Shown here piece by piece: positions 10,216 to 18,896 of a DNA stretch of 32,000 nt. The translations under genes were made by a program, and so were the position numbers. Under the pieces are notes generated by a model, which worked only from the letters and a program-made list of their open reading frames with translations, did not search any database and had not been told where the DNA came from. This stretch comes from Flavobacterium agricola. Its GTDB lineage: Bacteria > Bacteroidota > Bacteroidia > Flavobacteriales > Flavobacteriaceae. The stretch lies in NCBI RefSeq assembly GCF_025919725.1, contig NZ_CP081495.1:391166-423165 (forward strand), written 5' to 3'. Positions within the stretch are counted from its first letter, which is position 1, and the number at the start of each line of letters is the position of its first letter.

Positions 10216-10769
10216 TAATAAAACCTAAAATCGAGCGCTTTGCATAATGTATATTTTTGTTCAAACAAGTTTTCAACCAATGCTACCGGATCGTGGTACG
10301 TTTGGCACAAATTAAAATAAAACCCATCTAACGCGGTGCTTAATACCGGGGCTTTAAATCCGTAGCCCGAAAGCCCGAGTGCTCCAGTAATATCTAAAAA
10401 ATATTGTGCATCTTCTTCATCAATATCTAAAGCAAACGTATTGGCAAAATGTACAATTTTGTCTTGCAGCTTGCCTTCAAAAAGTTCGGCAACTTCTTCA
10501 AAGCTGTAAAAGTAATTGTTAATTTCTATTTGATTGTTAGCGCCAGGAACCACAAAATATAGCAGGTTGTATGCCTTGTAATTTTTATCTTCTCGTAATA
10601 AAATATGCAAACATGTTTCAAAATCTTCGATATCTTCAAAAGCCTGATAAACATTTGTAATGTTGTAATGCAACGCCATTTGTTCTAGCCAAGGTAAAAC
10701 CAAGCTATTTTGGTATGCATCGGCTTGTTCTAAAAGTTCAAGACAAAAAACATTTTTAGAAGAATTCAT
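10212..10769 (-). CDS. Hypothetical protein (possibly DUF6642-like)
   Basis: 186-codon ORF with Asp/Glu-rich composition. Stop codons overlap convergently with the MocR gene by 4 nt. Family assignment is tentative. Confidence 0.6.
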   Translation of the reverse strand: MNSSKNVFCLELLEQADAYQNSLVLPWLEQMALHYNITNVYQAFEDIEDFETCLHILLREDKNYKAYNLLYFVVPGANNQIEINNYFYSFEEVAELFEGKLQDKIVHFANTFALDIDEEDAQYFLDITGALGLSGYGFKAPVLSTALDGFYFNLCQTYHDPVALVENLFEQKYTLCKALDFRFYY

Positions 10770-10875
10770 ATAAAATACCGGTTGATGTTTACTGTAAAAG
10801 TAAAAAAATAAAATACGAAATGGCGCTGTTATTCAAATAACGCTGTATTTTTATTGAAATTAAAAAAACGAACGT

Positions 10876-11780
10876 ATGCAAATTGATTTAATTGGCGATA
10901 TTCATGGCCATGCTGATGAGCTAAAAGCTTTACTTACAAAATTAGGTTATACAGCGGTTGATGAGGTTTTTTCGCATCCAACCAAAAAGTAATTTTTGTA
11001 GGTGATTATATTGACCGCGGACCTAAAATACCCGAAACATTGGCTATTGTAAAAAATATGGTGGATGCCGGCCATGCAATTGCCTTAATGGGAAACCACG
11101 AATACAATGCCATTTGTTTTAATACCTTGCATCCGGATGGTGGCTATTTACGAGCGCATGATATAAAAAATATTAGCCAGCATTACCAAACCTTGAATCA
11201 ATTCAAAAATAATCAAGCGCTGTATGATGAATATATTGCTTGGTTTAAAACGTTACCTTTGTTTTATGAAAATGAAGCGTTTTGCGCCGTTCATGCTTCT
11301 TGGGATTTTGATAGCATTGCTTTTTTAAAACAGCATGTAGTACATGCATCTTTAAGTGAAGAACAACTAATAGCTTCTGCACAATTCGAATCTCCGTATT
11401 ACTTAGCCATAGAAAAAATTTTAAAAGGCTCTGAAATTAAGTTACCCGAAGGTTATGCGTTTCAGGATAAAGATGGCAATGCACGCCAAGTAATAAGAAC
11501 CAAATGGTGGTTAAATCCGAAAGGATTAACTTATAAAGAATTTAGCGTAATTCCGATGACAAATTTGCCCGAAGTTGCCGTTGCTTACGAAGATGAAGTT
11601 TATTACAACGAAAAACATAAACCAGTTTTTTTTGGACATTATTGGTTGCAAGGTACACCAAGTTTAATTCGCGAAAACATTTGTTGTTTAGATTATAGCG
11701 TAGCAAAAAAAGGCCATTTGGTAGCTTATACGTACCAAAGCGAACAACAACTTACCCCGAAAAATTTGACTTTTGTTTAG
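10876..11780 (+). pseudogene. Metallophosphoesterase (calcineurin-like, PrpE/diadenosine tetraphosphatase type) with a frameshift near 10975-10990
   Basis: First part is ATG 10876: MQIDLIGDIHGHADELKALLTKLGYTAVDEVFSHPTKK, stop TAA 10990. The -1 frame continues KVIFVGDYIDRGPKIPETLAIVKNMVDAGHAIALMGNHEYN..., so the GDIHGH and GDYIDRGP/GNHE motifs lie in two frames. Confidence 0.85.
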
Positions 11781-11852
11781 TTTTTTATAAAAAACCACAA
11801 TTACACCGCAAAAATAATTATATTCGTTACACACAAATAATTTTAAATACGC

Positions 11853-12263
11853 ATGAAAAAACTGTTATTGATTTTTAGTACAGCTTTACTTTTATTCGCT
11901 TGTTCTTCTGATGATAATTCAGGTACACAAGTTGCAAACTTAACACCGCCAGATTGGATTTTAGGCGATTGGAGGTATTTGGTTAACGAAGGAAATGGTT
12001 CGCAATTAACACAAAATGGATTAAATTTTTTATTTAATGATGTTTGCGAAGTTTATTCAACAAATGTTGTTTGTTTTAAAAGCACGTACGGAAATGAACC
12101 TGGATTTTCTTTTACAGAATATCATAAAAACGATTCAGAATATAAGTTTTCATACACAGTAGGAGATCAAACAAAAACGTATTCATTTGTGCGTTTAGAT
12201 GGTAACAAAATTCGTCAGTCAGAAGGCGTAGATTATGACAATGCAATTTTAGAGAAAATATAA
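11853..12263 (+). CDS. Hypothetical lipoprotein
   Basis: Lipobox signal MKKLLLIFSTALLLFACSSDD; body resembles small lipocalin-like Bacteroidota lipoproteins (weak). Confidence 0.75.
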   Translation: MKKLLLIFSTALLLFACSSDDNSGTQVANLTPPDWILGDWRYLVNEGNGSQLTQNGLNFLFNDVCEVYSTNVVCFKSTYGNEPGFSFTEYHKNDSEYKFSYTVGDQTKTYSFVRLDGNKIRQSEGVDYDNAILEKI

Positions 12264-12303
12264 AGAATAGAAAGTTATCCAATTCGGATAACTTTTTTGT
12301 ATA

Positions 12304-12337
12304 AAAAAACTACCTTATTATGGTAAGGTAGTTTTTT
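12304..12337. terminator. Bidirectional terminator
   Basis: AAAAAACTACCTTA-TTATGG-TAAGGTAGTTTTTT. Confidence 0.82.
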
Positions 12338-12442
12338 AAGGGGGGAATAAGGGTAAAATTTAAAAAAACGATTTTTATTTTTATGATACTAACTTAACGA
12401 TTTTTTTTACTTGTTGTTGTGCTAAAGTATAATTTTAACATT

Positions 12443-14401
12443 TTAAAATTGCATTTTCTGAATTCGAACCGCATTTAATATTGCCAATAACGCTACGCCA
12501 ACATCAGCAAAAACAGCTTCCCACATGGTGGCCAATCCGCCTGCTCCTAAAATTAAAACAAGGCCTTTTACAACAAACGCTAAGGTTATGTTTTGCCAAA
12601 CAATTTTTTTTGTTTGCTTTCCGATGCGAATAGCAATGGGAATTTTACTTGGTTTGTCATCTTGAATTACTACATCTGCAGTTTCAATTGTTGCATCACT
12701 GCCTAATCCGCCCATAGCAATACCAACATCGCTTAAGGCAACAACTGGAGCATCGTTTACTCCATCGCCCACAAAGGCAACTGTTTGGTTTTGTGTTTTT
12801 AATGCTTTTACAAAGTTTACTTTATCTTCGGGCAATAAATCACCAAATGCATTTTTAATTTGCAATTGTTTTGCAACTTGTTGTACAACGGTTGTTTTAT
12901 CACCGCTAAGCATGGTTGTTTTAACCCCTAATGTATTTAAATTCTGAATGGTTTGTGCAGCATCTTTTTTTATCTGATCTGCAATGGTTATATAACCTAC
13001 AAATTCCTGATTATATGCAATTGCTATAACGGTGCTACCAATTTTGTTTATATTTATTGCGTACGGAATAGAAAATTGATCTAACAATTTAAAGTTGCCA
13101 ACTAACAAATTTTTGCCATAAACGTTAGCACTTAAACCTAAGCCTGGAATTTCCTGAACATTTTTTATTTCAATATCGTTTTTTAAAGAACCAACATATT
13201 CATGAATGGCTGTTGCAACGGGATGCGTGCTGTAACTTTCTAGTTTATTAACCCAATGTAATAATTCGGTTTGGTTGTGTTTGTCAATAAAAATAATTTC
13301 TTGTACTTTAAAAACACCTTCGGTTAAGGTTCCGGTTTTATCCATTACAACCTGTTCAATTTTGGCTAAAGCATCTAAAAAATTACTACCTTTAAATAAA
13401 ATGCCGTGTTTGCTTGCTGCTCCAATTCCTCCAAAATATCCTAAAGGAATGCTTATTACTAATGCACAAGGGCAAGAAATAACTAAAAAAACTAAAGCCC
13501 GGTATAACCAATCGGTAAATACATAATTGCTAACCGTAAAATACGGAACCAAGCAAATTAAAACTGCTAAAACAACTACAATTGGTGTGTAAATTTTAGC
13601 AAACTTTCTGATAAATAATTCTGTTGGTGCTTTTTGTTGGGTTGCGTTTTGTACCAAATCTAATATCCTGCTCAATTTACTATCTTCGTACCTAGTAGTA
13701 ACTTGAACCAAGGTTACGGCATTATTGTTAATCATTCCTGCTAAAACCGTTTCGTTTTTTTGTTTGGTTTCGGGTTTGCTTTCGCCCGTTAAAGCTGCAG
13801 TATTAAAACTTCCTTTTTCAGAAATTAAAATTCCGTCTAAACCCAATTTTTCGCCTGGTTTTAATTCAATAATTTCTCCAATAACAACATTTTTAGCTTG
13901 AACTATTTGAGCGATGCCGTTTCTAAGTACCGTAACTTGTTCCGGACGTTGATCTAAAAGTGATTTTATACTCGATTTTGCACGGTTTACAGCCATATCC
14001 TGAAAAGCTTCGCCAATGGCATAAAATAGCATAACAGCAACGCCTTCGGGATATTCTTTAATAGCAAATGCTCCTAAAGTTGCTAAGGCCATTAAAAAGA
14101 ATTCTGAAAAAAAATCTCCATTTCTAAAACTTTTGTAAGCATCAAACAAAACCGGTAAACCAACCGGAAGGTAAGCCGCTAAATACCATATAAAACGCAA
14201 GTTTCCAACAAACCAATTTGGATGACTTATTTGTTCTAGATACAAACCAGCAGCTAATATAAATAGCGAAATTACTACCGGCAGCGCAGCTTTTAGGTAT
14301 TGTTTTGTGTTGCTTTGTGCTGCAGTATTACTCGATTTTTCTGATGAACAACACGAATTTGTTTCGTGAAATTTTTTTTCTGTATGTTGCTTTTGAGTCA
14401 T
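12443..14401 (-). CDS. Heavy-metal translocating P1B-type ATPase (Zn/Cd/Co type), no N-terminal HMA domain
   Basis: 'ISCPCALVIS', 'VMDKTGTLTEG', 'THPVATAI', 'GDGVNDAPVVALSDVGIAMG', and C-terminal 'ADVGVALLAILNAVR'. N-terminus is only a short Cys/His-containing tail (HTEKKFHETNSCC). Confidence 0.93.
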   Translation of the reverse strand: MTQKQHTEKKFHETNSCCSSEKSSNTAAQSNTKQYLKAALPVVISLFILAAGLYLEQISHPNWFVGNLRFIWYLAAYLPVGLPVLFDAYKSFRNGDFFSEFFLMALATLGAFAIKEYPEGVAVMLFYAIGEAFQDMAVNRAKSSIKSLLDQRPEQVTVLRNGIAQIVQAKNVVIGEIIELKPGEKLGLDGILISEKGSFNTAALTGESKPETKQKNETVLAGMINNNAVTLVQVTTRYEDSKLSRILDLVQNATQQKAPTELFIRKFAKIYTPIVVVLAVLICLVPYFTVSNYVFTDWLYRALVFLVISCPCALVISIPLGYFGGIGAASKHGILFKGSNFLDALAKIEQVVMDKTGTLTEGVFKVQEIIFIDKHNQTELLHWVNKLESYSTHPVATAIHEYVGSLKNDIEIKNVQEIPGLGLSANVYGKNLLVGNFKLLDQFSIPYAININKIGSTVIAIAYNQEFVGYITIADQIKKDAAQTIQNLNTLGVKTTMLSGDKTTVVQQVAKQLQIKNAFGDLLPEDKVNFVKALKTQNQTVAFVGDGVNDAPVVALSDVGIAMGGLGSDATIETADVVIQDDKPSKIPIAIRIGKQTKKIVWQNITLAFVVKGLVLILGAGGLATMWEAVFADVGVALLAILNAVRIQKMQF

Positions 14402-14451
14402 AATTTATGTTTTTGTAATACAACAAAGTTAGCGAGCACATGCATGCAATG

Positions 14452-14859
14452 CTATTGCAAACATTTTTCGCAAATGCCTTTGGCAAAAAATTTTATTTCA
14501 TCAATTCGATAATCGGTTAAATTGTTCTGAGGTAAAATAAAATCTTCCTTGCAAGTTGTGGTTTTACAAATTTTACAATAAAAATGCAAGTGCCAATCCT
14601 GATGCGTTTGTTCATCACAATCATCATCACATAAAATATATTTGGTAGTATTGTTTTCTGGTACGCTGTGTACAAGCCCTTTTTCTTCAAAAGTTTTTAA
14701 AGTTCTGTAAATAGTTACTCGATCTGCCTTTTCAAAATAATTTTCTATTTCTGTTAAAGAAACGGCATGCTGTTGCTTGGCCAAATAATCGTAAATAAGC
14801 AAGCGCATGCTGGTTGGATTGGTATTTTTATGTAGTAGTTTTTGCTCTATGTTTTTCAT
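14452..14859 (-). CDS. Fur-family transcriptional regulator
   Basis: 'RVTIYRTLKTFEEKGLVHSV' Fur-type recognition helix plus two CxxC motifs (CKIC, CEKC). Probably an operon with the downstream P-type ATPase. Confidence 0.9.
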   Translation of the reverse strand: MKNIEQKLLHKNTNPTSMRLLIYDYLAKQQHAVSLTEIENYFEKADRVTIYRTLKTFEEKGLVHSVPENNTTKYILCDDDCDEQTHQDWHLHFYCKICKTTTCKEDFILPQNNLTDYRIDEIKFFAKGICEKCLQ

Positions 14860-15105
14860 GATTTCAAAGTTGATTTTTTTGCACTGATTAAGTTACGATT
14901 CTTTCTTTTAAAAACGATATAAACCGCGCTGTAATATTGCAAAATTGGCTTTTTAGAATCATGATTATTGTTTATTATTTTGCTATTTGTTTGCTTTATA
15001 ATAATATATGGTATTATGTTTATTGCTAAAATTATATTAATTTTAACAACTTAAATTGGGACAAAACTCATTCCCGAAAATGATAACGTTACGCTAAAAA
15101 TAAAG

Positions 15106-15810
15106 ATGAAAAAATTAGTTATTCTTGTTGTTGAAGATGAAAAATTGGTACGTGAACTTTTAATCTCATATATCAGAGAGATTTTGGGTGATATGCAGGT
15201 TGATATTATTACCAGCTCAACCTTTAGCTTGGCTAAACAATTAATACAAACCAATCAACCCGAGCTTGTTTTTTTAGATATTAGATTGCAAGATGCGAAC
15301 AGTTTTGAACAAATAGAAGAACTAAATATTAAAGATTTTAAATTGGTTTTTACAACGGCTTATTCAGAACATATGGCCGATTCTATTAACAATTTAGGTT
15401 GTTTTGGGTATTTGTTAAAACCGATGAGTTTACAAAGCGTAAAAACAATTTTTGATCGTTTTTTTGCCGAACGTGCTTTACCCGAATACAAAAAAATAAC
15501 CCTAAAAATTGCTAACAAACAAGTTTTAGTTTCAGAAAACGAAATTATTTATTGCCAAGCCGATAATAATTATTGCAACATGTTTTTTAAAGGAGAAAAG
15601 CAGCTGTTTACTAAAACCTTAAAAGAATTTGAAAAAACATTATCGCCCGATTTGTTTGTTCGTGCGCACCGATCGTATTTAGTAAATAAAAACTACATTA
15701 AAAGTTTTGATGCAGCCAACAATAAAATTCTTGTTGAAGTTGATGATGTTGCACCGATTGAAATTCCTGTTTCTGAATCACACCGTAAAAAAGTTTCCGA
15801 ATTATTTTAA
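15106..15810 (+). CDS. LytTR-family response regulator
   Basis: N-terminal receiver ('LVVEDEKLVRELL', 'PELVFLDIRL', 'YLLKPM') and C-terminal LytTR ('FVRAHRSYLVNKNYIKSF'). Confidence 0.95.
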   Translation: MKKLVILVVEDEKLVRELLISYIREILGDMQVDIITSSTFSLAKQLIQTNQPELVFLDIRLQDANSFEQIEELNIKDFKLVFTTAYSEHMADSINNLGCFGYLLKPMSLQSVKTIFDRFFAERALPEYKKITLKIANKQVLVSENEIIYCQADNNYCNMFFKGEKQLFTKTLKEFEKTLSPDLFVRAHRSYLVNKNYIKSFDAANNKILVEVDDVAPIEIPVSESHRKKVSELF

Positions 15811-18779
15811 TGCGCCATTTCCTTTCCTTTTTCTTTTTACTTTGTAGCTTTTTAACTTTAGCTCAAGATTTATATACGCGTAACATTCACGTAAATAACG
15901 GCCTGTTTTCTAACAATGTTAATAAAACTTTTGTTGACTCTGAAGGGCGTGTTTGGATAGGTTCTAGGGGAGGGCTGGCTCGTAAAATAATGGATAAGTT
16001 TGAATTACATCCGGCCGCACAAGAAAAAAAGTTTAATAATATTTTTGATATTACTGAAGACGCCCAAGGCAATATTTGGGCCGGAAGTTATGGTTTAGGC
16101 GTACTTTTACTTAGCGAAAGCGAATCGCGTATTTTTAATACCGATACCGGATTAGTTTCAGATTTTGTTCGCAATTTAATTGTATTAAATAACCGCGTTT
16201 ATGTAGGTACAAAAGATGGATTGTCAGTTATTTCGATAACCGATTTTACGATTCAAAATTTTACACCGCAAAGTAAAGATCAAAAAGATGATCGCAGCTT
16301 TGCTATTACATCAGTGTTTGAGCTGAATCAGCAAATTTACGTTTCAACCTTAAACGACGGGCTTTTTAAAATAGAACATAATAAATTGGTTTTGGTTGAT
16401 GCTTTTGCTGGGCATCGCATCAATTTTTTTAAAACTATAAATCACGAACTTTACTTTAGCTCTTCGCTCGGATTTTATAAGTTAAATCCACAAACATTTA
16501 AGCCCTTAAAAAGTTATAATTTACCCGATGTACGCGAAATGATTCCGCTAAACGGTGCTTTTTTATTGTTGCGATCAAGCATGGTCGATTTTACGGGCGG
16601 TTTGTATCAACTTAAAAACGAAACGTTAACCAATTTTAATACAAATTTTAATTTAAAATCGTTAGAATACAAATCGTTTGCGTACGATTCTGTTTTTGAT
16701 AGGCTATATATTGGCAGTAATGAAGATGGTTTATTTATTTCTGAATTAAATAATAGCATTCAGTACAATCGTAATTTTAAAGAAATAGAAGCCATGCTTT
16801 TTGCCGCTGATAAAAAGTTTATATTTCATGAAAATGGCTTATCTATTTTAAAAAATAATCAAGAAATAAAAACAATTCCTAATAGCCAATTTTTTTCGTA
16901 CCAAAAAGCCAATCCATTAAATACAGCAAACAAGCAAAAACTTTTTAAGTTACTACCTTTTTATCCTGAAGTAGAAAATTTTACATTAAAATTTTATAAA
17001 GATATTTACTTTAAAGATTCTTTTTTTTGGGTTCCAACCAATATTGGTATTTTTAAAATGGATTTAAATGGGAATTTTGTTGCCTATTTGCCTTTGCATG
17101 TGTACCATTTTTATATTCAAAATAATCAGTTGGTTGCACCAATTCCGCATAATGGTACGGTATTAATTTCCAATTTACAAACTTTAGATCATCAATATTT
17201 TTCGGATTTCGAAAACGGAAAATCACATCCGTTTACACCATTAAACGTGGTTGATATGGCCGTAACCGATTCGGCTGTATATTTTGCTTCGGCTTTAGAA
17301 GGAATTTATCAGTTTAAAAACGGAAAATTTACTTCGTGGCGAACCGAAAAATGGTTTTCTGTTAACAAAATCAAACGCATTACCATTAATTCAAAAGGGC
17401 AACTTATTGTTGTTTCTGACTTTAATGATATTTACGTTTTTAATTTAGATGATCCTAAACCAACGCTAATAAAAACAAAAGATTTTAAAAAAATAAAAGG
17501 TGCATCTACCCAATTTGTTGAAGAATTAGACGGCGTTTTATACGTAGGTACCAACTTAGGAATTAATGTTTTTTATATTGATGGCAACGAAAAAAAATAT
17601 TTTTTTATTGACCACGAACAAGGTTTTACCAATAGCGAAAAAAACACGGCAATTTCGCATCAAAACCAAATGTATATTTTAAGTTCTACCGGATATTTTT
17701 ATATAGATAACAGCTATTTTAAAAACAACCGAAACTTTACTGCTAATGTTATGTTAGCTAAATTTACTATTAACGATACCGATAAAATTGCGCAGATAAC
17801 AGATGCCGATAACATTCAGCCATTTGCATTAACTCACGATGAAAATAATATATTTATTGAGTTTTTTTTAGATAAGGTTCGTTTTCCTAACAAGCTAAGT
17901 TATTATTACCAATTGCATGAAGATGGCGAATGGATAGAAGTGCTGCATGACCGTAAAATTTATTTACCTTACTTGGCTCCGGGCGAATATAAATTGGCTT
18001 TAAAAATTATTGATAACGATTCGAGCACCGAAATTACTGAGCCAATTATTCAGTTTAAAATTAAAGAAGCTTTTTATAATACGTTGTGGTTTACCGTAAT
18101 TTGTTTGTTGGTTGCCGGTGCAATTTCGTACATCAGCTTTAGCTCGTTTAAAAAGAAAAAGAAAAAAGAAATTCAGTTTTTAGAATTAAAACATCAGGTT
18201 TTAATTTCACAATTAGATGCTCATTTTTTATTTAATATTTTAAGCGCGATTAAATATTTAAAAAGAACAGCCGATGGCCCTGCTGCCGATGAGGTAATTG
18301 ATTTATTTTCCGATTTTATTCGAAAAACCTTAGTTTTTACTAATGCTAACAAAATTACTTTAAATCAGGATATTTCATATTTAAAAAATTACGTTGATTT
18401 GGTAAATTTAGGCCGTGATGAACCTGTTGAATTTACAACCAAAATTGCAGCTGATATTAATATAGATCAGGTTGAGGTATTGCCAATTTTGATGCAACCT
18501 TTTGTAGAAAATTGTATGAAATATGCTTTTCCAGAATCTATTTCACATCCAAAAATCACTTTAATTATTTCGCGTTATCCCCAAGGGTTAAAATTTGAAT
18601 TGGTAGATAACGGCGTTGGTTTTCAGGTAGAAAAACAAGATGTAAAATCCGAAAAACAATCGCTTGGAATCAGCATTGTTGCCAACCGTTTGCAAATTCA
18701 TAATAAAATAACCAAACAAGGGCTGCATATTAGTTCAGATTCTACCGGTACAAAAGTTGAAGTTTTTTACGAACAATAA
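15810..18779 (+). CDS. LytS-type histidine kinase with N-terminal two-component propeller sensor
   Basis: Signal peptide, propeller motifs ('FVDSEGRVWIGSRGGLARK', 'DAQGNIWAGSYGLGVL'), Y_Y_Y-like region, TM segment, His-kinase 'QLDAHFLFNILSAIKYLK' and HATPase 'LPILMQPFVENCMKYAF'. Start overlaps the response-regulator stop (TAATG). Confidence 0.94.
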   Translation: MRHFLSFFFLLCSFLTLAQDLYTRNIHVNNGLFSNNVNKTFVDSEGRVWIGSRGGLARKIMDKFELHPAAQEKKFNNIFDITEDAQGNIWAGSYGLGVLLLSESESRIFNTDTGLVSDFVRNLIVLNNRVYVGTKDGLSVISITDFTIQNFTPQSKDQKDDRSFAITSVFELNQQIYVSTLNDGLFKIEHNKLVLVDAFAGHRINFFKTINHELYFSSSLGFYKLNPQTFKPLKSYNLPDVREMIPLNGAFLLLRSSMVDFTGGLYQLKNETLTNFNTNFNLKSLEYKSFAYDSVFDRLYIGSNEDGLFISELNNSIQYNRNFKEIEAMLFAADKKFIFHENGLSILKNNQEIKTIPNSQFFSYQKANPLNTANKQKLFKLLPFYPEVENFTLKFYKDIYFKDSFFWVPTNIGIFKMDLNGNFVAYLPLHVYHFYIQNNQLVAPIPHNGTVLISNLQTLDHQYFSDFENGKSHPFTPLNVVDMAVTDSAVYFASALEGIYQFKNGKFTSWRTEKWFSVNKIKRITINSKGQLIVVSDFNDIYVFNLDDPKPTLIKTKDFKKIKGASTQFVEELDGVLYVGTNLGINVFYIDGNEKKYFFIDHEQGFTNSEKNTAISHQNQMYILSSTGYFYIDNSYFKNNRNFTANVMLAKFTINDTDKIAQITDADNIQPFALTHDENNIFIEFFLDKVRFPNKLSYYYQLHEDGEWIEVLHDRKIYLPYLAPGEYKLALKIIDNDSSTEITEPIIQFKIKEAFYNTLWFTVICLLVAGAISYISFSSFKKKKKKEIQFLELKHQVLISQLDAHFLFNILSAIKYLKRTADGPAADEVIDLFSDFIRKTLVFTNANKITLNQDISYLKNYVDLVNLGRDEPVEFTTKIAADINIDQVEVLPILMQPFVENCMKYAFPESISHPKITLIISRYPQGLKFELVDNGVGFQVEKQDVKSEKQSLGISIVANRLQIHNKITKQGLHISSDSTGTKVEVFYEQ

Positions 18780-18858
18780 TTAAAAGCTGTGCTTACTCAG
18801 TTTTTTATGTGGTTCACCAAATATAAAAGTACAACTTCTGGTTTATAAATAATTTTAT

Positions 18859-18887
18859 GCCGTTACAATATTGTAACGGCTTTTTTT
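18859..18887 (+). terminator. Rho-independent terminator after the histidine kinase
   Basis: GCCGTTACAA-TA-TTGTAACGGC followed by a T7 run. Confidence 0.85.
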
Positions 18888-18896
18888 ATTATACCA

